Of a stretch of 64,000 nt of DNA, positions 23,599-34,200 are shown one piece after another (position 1 is the stretch's first letter; each line of letters opens with the position of its first letter). The notes beneath the pieces are model-generated. The model searched no databases, was not told where the DNA came from, and worked only from the letters and a program-made list of their open reading frames with translations. Made by a program: the position numbers and the translations under genes. This DNA comes from Nemertoderma westbladi (taxonomy: Eukaryota; Animalia; Xenacoelomorpha), in the NCBI GenBank assembly GCA_032718475.1, contig JAUCBJ010006444.1:38886-102885 (forward strand), in the 5' to 3' direction.

Positions 23599-26500
23599 TT
23601 AAACACTAGGAAAGGGGACGATGGGAGTCTCACACATCCGTCGTGCGCTCAGTCCTCTAAATCCTCGTCCAATTCCAATCATTCGCTTTGTAGTATCGGA
23701 ACGAGTCTCTACAACGCTAGGAGGGAGTCTAAGGGGTGGGACCGTTCCGTCCGCTGACACCTCGCTCTCCGACGTCATCTGAATTCTCATAGGTTCTGGT
23801 AAAGCATATCCTGTCCCTCCGCGTGGTTCTCTAGGAAGGGAAACCGTGCCCTGAGTCATCCGGATTTGCGACTTTGATGTCGTCCTCTCGGCGACATTTA
23901 CTACCTTTTTTATTTCCTGTCCGGCCTTCTGGGCTCTAAGTATACGAAGTTGCGGATCTTCCTGTGGGTGATGTGTCCTTTCGGCTAATGGTGTGGCCCT
24001 GAAGCCAGTCTCGCGCAAAACGTCCGCCTCATCTAAGATACAAGAGGTTACGTGTTTGTGATAAAATGCGCTCTGGTATGCCCAAGCTATCGAATGCCAG
24101 GCTCCTCGATTCCGCTGTTCGACTTGCAATTTGTCGAATTCTCCGGCAGTAATCTTATTCACTACAGTCTGAAAGTTCCATGTGTTCTTATTGTCAGGTT
24201 GTACCTGTAGAAAGTAGTCCCTTTCAACTTTAAATCCGCTATCCAACAGCAATATATCTAGCACCTCCAAAAGTTCATCGTATTGAGGCATAGCTGACAC
24301 GTATCCTTCTTTTGACATGATGAGAGGGTTTACGGCCCAAAATCCCAAATGCGCTCTCATGGGGAAACGGTGTCGCTGTGTCGACACATGCTCGTCTGCT
24401 AGATTCTCCCAATGGTCGGAGTTGCCGCAACTGTTCGTCTATTATCGCGGACTCGGTCGGATCCACATCGTCATGATGGGCGGTAGGCTCGCGAGCCTTC
24501 CAGGATCCTTCTGGGCCTTTGAATTCTGCGTGGCATTCCCCGTCGTAGGGTACTAACGTCAACATCGACGGTCTGTCGACTAGGCTTCCCGCATGAGTGA
24601 GATAAACGTCCCTAAAAACGCTAAGTCCCGCTCGCGTGAAAACTTCGCAGTGCGCATCGGTGTTATAAAAGGGTTGGAGAAATCGGCGGAATACATCAGT
24701 ATGCGTCCTTCCTCCGTCGCAAATGGTATTTCCTTCACCGAGACATAACGGATGTCCCTTTAGAGTCCTAGACACTACATCGGCGATGAAGCAAATGTTC
24801 ACTGAAGATTCTATCGCCAAATAGTATTGCAAGATTATTCGTGGAGGTGAGGTAATCGCCCAGTACATGCAACCTCGCCACTTCAACTGTGACTCGAACT
24901 CGTTTATGCCGGGGGTATCTCCCTCACCGTATACGTCCGTGTATGTGCTCCTCTTACTCTCTTTATAATCCCAACTGAACATTAGGTATGAGATATAACC
25001 CATTCCAGTTTTTAGCGTGTTATACTCCCTAAAATATCCTTGCTCAATAGCTCAAAGCAACAATGGTCTAGTATCCACGTATGGCGTAGGCATTCGATCA
25101 TCCTCCTCGGGCATTCCTGCGAAATCGCTAATGAGGTCATCCTGTACACCGGATCCAATCTTGACGATACTTTTATCAAGTACAACGTCTCGCACGGCCT
25201 TTGGCAACATCCTAGCTTCTATGCTACAAGATCATCGCGTGTCTTTGCGTCGTTCCTTCCGGCATAGGCATCTTTCTATCGCTCCTCTGTCGACTGAATG
25301 TAACACTCCATCGGGTGCTCGAATTTGTATGGTCTTTGAAGTGAGGCTCTGCTGATGGCTTCCTCCTTCATTATCATAAAACATATAACCATTCTCCTGC
25401 AGAGATCGGCTTGTTGCGTCCCAATCGTTGAGTAAATCGTCGGTAGGGTTCCAAATTCTCCCTATGGACTTTTCATCGTCAAAACTAATAGGTTTTCCGG
25501 TCCAATTGGTCGCAATATCGGTGTCAGTTTCAAACGTGCCGACTCCGATCCACAATCGAATTGTTTTCGCTAAATATCCTCGCAAGATACACGGTGCAAT
25601 ATCCGTCTCCGCACGATCCACTTCCTTAAAGTCCGTAATATGTGGGGGTACGTTGCGTACGATTTTCTGAACTATTGTTCTACGCAACTCTGCCACCTCT
25701 AACACATCACCAAAGGTAACCGATGGGAGGAAATCCAGGTTCGAAATGATCTCCGGGTGTTCAACTATAGGAATCTCGTAAGTTGTCTCCTCTCGGGTTG
25801 GTATGCTAATAGGAAAGCTGGTTGGTCTCGCGACTGGTACTACCGCTTTAGTAGGATGGGGCTGAGGTTCTCGCGTCATCTCGACATGAGGTATCTGTAG
25901 TCTCTGCGACAAACGCTGAGCAAAGGTGATACTATCGAAGAGTTCGGGTGTCATCTCCTTAGGCTCAGTTTGATCGTAGGATATCCAGTAAAATGGTAGG
26001 CTCGCGAGCCTTCCGCCGAACTCCTCGATCTCGCCTTTCTCGTACGCTTTGTACTCCCTATAGAGGCTCAAAGCTTCCCGTTTCTCTTGTGTCGACTTAT
26101 TAGACTCGTCCACTATCATACTATAGACATCTGGTTCGACTAATTTGGGTTCGTAAATAGCAATTTCGCCTGCGTTCGGTCCACTCATCTTAAACGAATG
26201 GTACGGATTCGTCAAAGGGTATCCGCCTTCTTGGTAATGCAGACTTTGGTGGTATGAACATCATGCTAATATTGGCTCGGGGTTCTCCAAATTCAAGCGC
26301 ATAGGAATCGCGTTGTCTTGCTCACGCATACATCCTCCACATTTGTAAAACAGTTTATAAATGGAGAATGCGTCTCTGGATCCGCTCCTCAAGCGCGTCT
26401 ATAAAGATGCATTCCATCGAATTCGTCCCTGGCTGCAGGCAAGGGTTCGCTCGCCATCAAATATTGCAGCGTATGATATAATCGGCGTATCTCCATGTCT

Positions 26501-26781
26501 GGATCCTCGCAAATGTCACTGGCATCGCATAACGCATCGTTGGGATACAACGCATTGTACTCTGCACGTAACTCCTCCACTCTTTTGTTATAAGCATCCA
26601 ATCACTGTCGCGTAACATTTGGGTCCGCCTTGGATTTAGCGAGCTTGGCTGTACTCCTAGCCATACTCTCCACTCCAAACACGTTAAAGTTTTTGGCTCC
26701 ATAACGATTAAATGGTGCCTGGTGCTCCTGTTCCTGCGTAAACCCCTGACGTAACTCCTTATAAATCTTCTCCGCCATCAT
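23599..26781 (-). pseudogene. BEL extra ORF (ORF3, env position), ~1060 codons, with DEDDy (WRN/RNase D-like) 3'-5' exonuclease-like domain
   Basis: ATG at 26781 (MMAEKIYKELR...). Reading through in-frame TGAs gives YMFYDNEGG..TIQIRAPDG...MLPKAVRDVVLDKSIVKIGSGVQDDL...PYVDTRPL...KTGMGYISYLMFSWDYK...YWAITSPPRIILQYYLAIES. About two frameshifts (~26350, ~24350). Confidence 0.7.
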
Positions 26782-27474
26782 ATACGTGTATATATGGTTA
26801 CATATCGTTACGTTTCTACTAGATGAAGCACAAAATAGAGGTTAGATGTGAGGAGACTTAGAGTTTGTCGGCTTTTGGCTCAACTTTGCTCTAAAACCCC
26901 TACCCATTTGCCTAATGACTTCGGGTTTCGTGTGATTTCGCACTGGCTCCTAATCCAAAAAATGTGCCGATAAAAAACGAATTCCGGGTAAACTAGCCGT
27001 GAGTCTAAAATACTCACCTTTTAATTTCCCAAACTACATCCCAAAGAAAATAGTGCAGTCGAGAATTAATTTGGCCTAAGATAATAGTAGACATGACTAC
27101 GCAGAACAAGGCCGATTTTCTTTTCCAAAAAAAATTATCGGTAGGCTCGCAAGCCTTCCATCCGCTCTTGTCCTCCCCAATTTTAATTTTTATCTAGCTG
27201 TATCCTAGAATTCGCATTCACTGGAGAATCATTTTTCTTAAATTTAAATCCAACCAAATGGATTTGTCTAATAATTTTTGAAAATTGTCTCACTTGTGGG
27301 TTCCAAGTGGAATTCCATTCCTACTGTGTTCGTGGTATTTCAACTTTTCATAATGCGAGTTGAATATTTTTCAGATTTATTTATAATGAATATTCCAATA
27401 TCAGTACTGGGTGCAGGAACATTCATTTGGGTACATTCAATGGACTGGGGGCGATTTACGGGTGATGAACCAAC

Positions 27475-27662
27475 AGACCCCTAGCCGAGCCGTACCGCTT
27501 TCCTGATGACCGATCCCTTCGGGGTTTGGGAAGGGTGGGACGGACACGCAACTGGGTCTACCGACTTGACCGGCCCTTAGCCAAGCCGTACCACTTTCCT
27601 GATGACCGATCCCTTTGGGGTTCGGGAAGGGTGGGGCGGACACGCAACAGGGTCGACCGACA
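27475..27662 (+). repeat. Two ~96-bp tandem copies of a structured (hammerhead-core-like) unit
   Basis: CTGATGA at 27503 and 27599, each followed by hairpin CCGATCCC-loop-GGGTT(T/C)GG and GAAG. Confidence 0.8.
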
Positions 27663-28218
27663 CCGACACTATGGTACCGGGACTAGGACCGAGGGAAAAT
27701 GGGGAACATTAGTTAGGTTAAAATCTAAAGCGAACAGTGGGTAATTAATTAATGTACTGTAGGAATTCATATTGTCGTATATTATTGTGAATATTTGGTG
27801 TATATTGGTGTGGGGAAGCCCAACTTATTCTCAATCAAGATTCAACTGTAGGAAAGTTACATTAAATGATTATATCCAACCAATGCAACGTTTTCTCAAT
27901 TGCAATCTTGCATCTCAGAAAGGACTCCTTCTCCACTCCCAATATCCGGTGACTGGCCGGAATCCCGTGGTCTGAAAATTCCGCCTCCAGCATCGGCGTT
28001 TTCCCCATGGTGTCGGGAATAACGGCAACATACTGTACACACAATCCCGCTCCTATGTGATACATAAGGGTACTACCCTCCATGTTCACATATAAAGACA
28101 ATGGAATTCCACCGCTGTCTCTATCTACAGTGAAGAGGAATGCACATACAGTAATACAAAATACTAAATTACTAAAATACGGTAAGGCTATGTGGCTGCC
28201 ATCAAGGGTCCCACATCT

Positions 28219-31200
28219 CTATTTACTAAGATTGGGTGGAGATTTGTAGTCTCCTGTCTCGTTTCTAGTCTCCTCAAGGAGCACGAGACGTTGTACAGGC
28301 CTATCTACGGTACGTCCATCAATAGTCCATACAGTAACTGTCCTTACTACACCAGATGTAGGGTGCATGGTCAAAATGACTCCAGTCAGCCAAAACCGTC
28401 TTTTCAGATTGGTTTCAGCCAATAAAACATGGTCACCTCGTCTCAAACATCTGGTATTAAGATACCAAGAGGTTCTGGTCGAAATAGAGGGCAAATAGTG
28501 CTTCTGCCATATTTCCCAGAATTTGTTGGCTAGCAACTGAGTGATTTTCCAAGCTTTGTTGCCGTATCCGTCGCTATCGACAGGTACCGAAGTGGGCAAC
28601 AATGTCATCGGTGCCTGCATAAGCAGGTGCGCTGGTGTCAAGGCAAACTGAGTCGTTGTTGTCTGGGATCAAAGCGATCGGTCTAGTATTCAAAACTGCT
28701 TCGATTTCTATTAACAACGTCGTCAGTTGGTCGTCTGTCAAAATGCGTTGCGTCAGTATTACTTTTGCCATAGCCGTTTTAATTGAGCCAATCAGCCTTT
28801 CCCAAACGCCGCCTCTCCACGGACTGTTAGAAGTGTTAAAGTTCCAAACAATACGGTGAGGACGTAGTTCCCCGGAAATCTGGTTTTTGTCCAACTTCTT
28901 TTAAAGCTCTGGTGATTTCGTTCCGTGCACCCACAAAGGTAGTCCCTTGGTCGCAATAAATGGATTTGACCAATCCGTGTCTAGCGATAAATCGCCGTAA
29001 GGCTAGGATAAAGGCGTTGGTGGTCAAGTCTGTCACATGCTCAATATGGACAGCTCTGCTGGCCATGCAAGTGAAGATCAATCACCAACGTTTTACCTGT
29101 ACCCTTCCGCGTTTCGCGATTATGGGTCCAAAACAGTCTATCCCTGTCTCAGTGAAAGGGGGTCTAAAAGCCTGTAATCTCGCTAGTGGTAGTTCACTCA
29201 TTTCTTGGTGTCCTATCCTAGCGTGTACCTTCTTACAAATCATACAGTTCCGTGTTACCGAACTCAATGCCTTGCTAGGCCTAATCAGTACAAACCTCGA
29301 GTGTAAGTGTGATAAACAGTGGTGCCTACCTATGTGTTTGAGTCGTACATATGCGTCCAGTATCATAGTGCGCTGTAACTCGTGGTGTTGCGGTATGATA
29401 ATAGGATACCTAAAGTCAAGTGCAAAGTCAATGTTTTGGAGTCTGGACTTGTGACAAAGTAAGCCCCTATAGATTATCGGACTCCAACTCAAAATCGGTG
29501 TGAAGACTTGATCTGTTTACCCTGATTGATCGCTGTGAACTCTCGTGCGAAATATCGCAATTGATAATGTCTAATAATATCAATTTCACAAAGACCAACT
29601 TCCTCTAAGGTAAGTCTTCTAGGAAAGACGCGTTTGCCTCTGGCATATTGTCTCAAACGTTTGAGCCATGCTAACTTGCAGCACGCGTCAGTCCATGATC
29701 TAGTTAGGTTTACTATCCTGTCAACGTAAGTGTTAGTAATGTCATCAGGTAAGGTATAGTCGAAATGTGGATACTTGTTCGGACTTGGTAGGCCCACGGG
29801 CCTTCCGGTAGGTGTCTCCCTTTGTACAATAGGTTTGTCTGAGTCCTCAAGTAATTTAATCTCCATGGTCTTATCTTTACCGTCCGCACTCAGTGAATTG
29901 ACTGGCAGTAACGGTTTCAACTCTACAGTAGTAGTGCGTTCCTGTGAGCTTGTAAGCTTCCTAACCTTAGTCACACATTTACTCGTAGACGGTAAATCAA
30001 GTATTTTCCTTGAGCGGAATGTGATCGCTGTGGCCACACCTTCGTCCAAAGAAGTCAAATTTGGTAAGTTGTCAATCGCTAATGGGTGTATACTAGTCCG
30101 CTCCAATGGATTCATTGCGTCCTTGTAGTAAACGTCGTTTCTTTCCAATGGGTAGTCTAATGGAAAGTCTAGTAGACAGTCTGGTGAGGCATCCGGTGAA
30201 TAGTCTGGTGAGATGTCTGGTGAGATATAGCGTGGAAATTTCGGCGAAACATCCTGTCGTCGGTCCCAAAGAAAGTCTGGCGTAGCTTCTGACAGAAAGT
30301 CTGGTTTAAAATCTAGTGGACAGTCTGTCGAGATGTCTGATGGAAAGTCTGGCGAGACGTCCAGTAGACAATATGTCGAGAGTTCCATAAAACAGTCTGG
30401 CGAATAATCCGGAGAACAATCTGGTTCGTTTCTGGCGAATAATCTGGCGAGACATCTGGTGAACAATCTGGCGAAACGTCTGGTGAAACGTCTGTTCGAG
30501 AGTCTGGTGAGACGTCTGGCATAATGTCAGGTGTAACGTCCAGGTCATCAGATTTCGTCTGTCCTCGTTTCCTCTTGACCTTAGCATTGGCTTTTGCTTT
30601 GGACTTGACAACAGTGTCGATTTTTATCTCGGCACCCTCTGGTATGGTGTTGGTTGTCGCGTCGAATAACGGTGGCCATTCGTCTGATGGTCGTTGTAGG
30701 AAATCGGGTCCTCTAAACCAAAAGGATTTATTGTCCGGTTTACAAAAGTCAATAGGTGACATCCCATCCCCCGTGACGCGATGTCAGCTGGGTTCAGCTT
30801 CCCTGGACAGTGACACCAATCTTGTTTGAGTGACCGGTCTAATATTTCAGCCAGTCTGTTGGCTACGAAAGTCTTGAACTTGAATGTTTCGTTGTTTATG
30901 TACCAAAGTACCAACGTCGCATCCGTCCAATATGTGACCTTCAAGTTAGCCTCCAGCTCGCGTTGAACTAGACTGACAATATCGGTGGATATTGTCCCGG
31001 CTTGCAGCTCTCCACGAGGTACAGTCATATACTTCAATGGCATTGTTCTAGCTCTTGAAGTAACGAGAGATACTTCGTAGATGCCCGATGTCACTTGTCG
31101 TCTAAGGTATAATGTGACCCCCAGTCCGTCCTTACTAGCGTCACTAAAGCTATGAAGCTCCAAATCGGCAGGAAAGGTGTTCTGCAAAGGAAAGTATACC

Positions 31201-34200
31201 CTCGGTATGGTATAGTCTTGTAAGAACGTCAGTAGGGCTTCCCAGTCCCTCCATTGCTCAGCTAACTTTTCTGGGATGGGGTCGTCCCATTCCAGTCCGG
31301 CTTGCCAAATGCTGCGGAGTATGATCCTGGCATGTAGGATCACTGGACTAATGAAACACATTGGGTCATACAATCGACTCATGGTTGATAAGCAAGTCCT
31401 CTTAGTGAGAGGTCTAATCTGTCCTTTGGACCTTACACGTACCCTAAAGTTGTCGGTGTTCGGGTCCCAACTAAGTCCTAATACCTTGGTTGTAGGTAGA
31501 GGTTCTAGGTCTAAGTCCAAGTCTCCTCCACTGCGATCAGTCGGGTCGAATGATTTCACTAATTCAGGTTCGTTGGAAGCGAACTTCGTGAGGCGAAATC
31601 TGCCCTCAGCGAGACAATCTTGGAGTTGGTGTGCTACGGTCGTAGCGCGCTCCAGAGTGTCACAACTCTTGAGGCCGTCATCCACGTAGAAGTCTCGTTC
31701 CACTGTCCGTGCTACCTCTGGGTCAAATTGGTCTTGTCTGTCTAATGCTGTCTGCTTTAAGGCGTACATGGTGCAGTTGTGGCTGTCCCTGGCTCCGAAA
31801 ACTCTTACCTGCATTTGGTAAGTTTCTGGCGGAAGTTCTAAGTTTCCGTCTGGGTACCAAAGAAACCTTAAACTGTCCCTGTCCCGCTCCAAAGCCTTAA
31901 CCTGGTGAAACATAGCCTCTATATCACAGGTGAAAGCCACTTTGCGTTGTCTAAAATGCATTAGGACTCCCATGAGGTAATTATTCATATTCGGCCCGTC
32001 CATCAGTTCGCTGTTCATAGACATCCCTTGGTAAAGCGCAGTGCAGTCGTTGACTACACGCACCTTGCCAGGTTTGTCCAGGTGTCGAACAAAATGATGT
32101 GGCAGGTAATATGTCTGATCTGTAGTTACCTCTGGAATTAGCATCCTAATGGCATATCCCTTTTGGAGATACGTCTGAAGTTGCGCATTGTATTGCATAT
32201 GGACCGTCTCATCACGCAACAATCGCTGCCTTATTGATTTGAATCGCCTCAAAGCAAGCAGGTAGTTGTTAATGAGCTTAGGTTGTCCATTGCGCCACAA
32301 CATGCCAACTTCGTAGTGGCCATTCGCGGTCTGGCGAATGGTATCTCTCATAATATTTAATGACCGTTTTTCCTGTTCTGACATAGCGGTCTCGTAACTA
32401 CCAGGTTCTGCTGAGTCCTCTTCTAACCATTTAATGGTCCATTCAGTCAGCAGTCGGTCAAGCGCTGCTTGCACTCCGCCATGGTCCTTGTCCACGTCTT
32501 CGTCCGCTGCGGTGGTTACTGTCAATGTGTCTGGTAGGCTCGCAAGCCATCCGGTGTCACTAGTCGGCGTCGAAAGGTTGTGAGGCAGTTTGACAACCTT
32601 CTGATCTGTCAGTAGGCTCACAAGCCTTCCTAGATCAACGACTGGTGTCGAAGCCTGGTGGGTGGGGTCAATGACCTTCGGATTTTTCGGTAGGCTCGCA
32701 AGCCTTCCAAAACCCTCGTTCATCGAGTCATCCACAGCAACAACCCTTTGGTCTTCAGTAGTCAATACAGCCTGGTTTACTGCAAGTAGTTGTAAGTCAG
32801 AGGTCCGTGTGGTCGTGTCCAGATCAGTTACGTCAGTATCAGTTACGTCAGTGTTAGCGACGCAAGTCTGTCGTAGTGCAGTCTGTACAATTGGACCATA
32901 GGAGTGTGAAGGAGAATTATCTATCATAGTAGTCAATAAACTACACATACTCAAAACGTCGTATTCCTGGTCACTTACCTCTAGTGAACGCACTGGTGCG
33001 CTAGTATACCAACCTATGGGAGTTCTACATGCGTAGGGGTTGCCCGCCGTAATGACATATGGGCGTGTCTCCCATACCTGATGTAAGTTAAACTGGTCTG
33101 TCCCAATCAACATCGCGATTGAGCGATAGTTAACAGGACATTCCGGTATTCCAAGGTGTCGGAAATACTTACGATCTTCCGGTGATTGCTCTGGCATAAG
33201 GCCAAGCAAGTTACTAAAGTCCTTTGTAGCTGCAAAGGTCAAATTTCTTACCGGAAGTAATGAGCGCTCCTCCTTGCTGTGTTCCGCTTTGGAAAGAAGA
33301 GTGTCTAAGGTTAATTTTACTCTCGTCACAGGAATCGCTCTCTTACCATGCATGCTGCTTACAGTATACTGAGCAGTCTTACCTTTACTCATGTCTGTAA
33401 CTACGTCGGCTACTTGTTCGTCGACGTAACTATGCGATGACGCAGAGTCTAAGATAGCATATATACGCTTGCTCCCTCGGGTTCCGGTAATCTTTATAGG
33501 AATCACGCTAAACCCTTTCAATTGGTTCTGTGTGAGGAGTGTTATCGATGGTTGTTCCTCCCCTGCATGCACGTAAAAGGTGTCATCTTTCTCCTCGTCC
33601 TCGTCTGATGATCCGGATTGATCCATACAATCAGTATAGAACGTACGAATATCGCGCGGCGCACGCTCCTTGTAAAGTGCGTCGCATCTGGCCACTTTAT
33701 CTGGATGCTCTCGTCGAAAGCGTTTGGTCGGAGTATGACTATTTGTGTGGAGTAACGCGTTGTGGTTACGTCCACATAGAGGACATGTATCGTCGCTCGG
33801 GCAATCCTTCCGGACATGTCCAGGCTTGGTACATCTCCAACAAGAATCCAATGATCGAATTTGGAGTCTTCTTTCTTCAACTCCCAACTCTCTAGCTCTC
33901 TAACTCCTCGCGCGACATCCACGTAGTTTATGTCCGCTGTGGTTTCTACCGTTCCGCTCGCAATGTGAGCATCCCACAAAGTCCGCCGGCAACTGTTGTC
34001 GTGGCTGCTTGGTGCCGATATGTGTCAGAACTTTAGAAGTTTCTGTTGGGGTGGCATAAGTCATGGCTTTCGCGTTCGTCGGAAATGGTTTGGTCCGATT
34101 TGGCGCAGCAATAGCTATTCCTTCTGCCGCTATATGGTGATCAGTGTAGTTTGATCGAGTCTCAACTATGGCCTCTCGTGAAATCAGTTGGTAGACGTCG

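Noticed and set aside
23599-26781. env gene
   Set aside because: No evident signal peptide, furin site or transmembrane anchor; the motifs fit an exonuclease instead.
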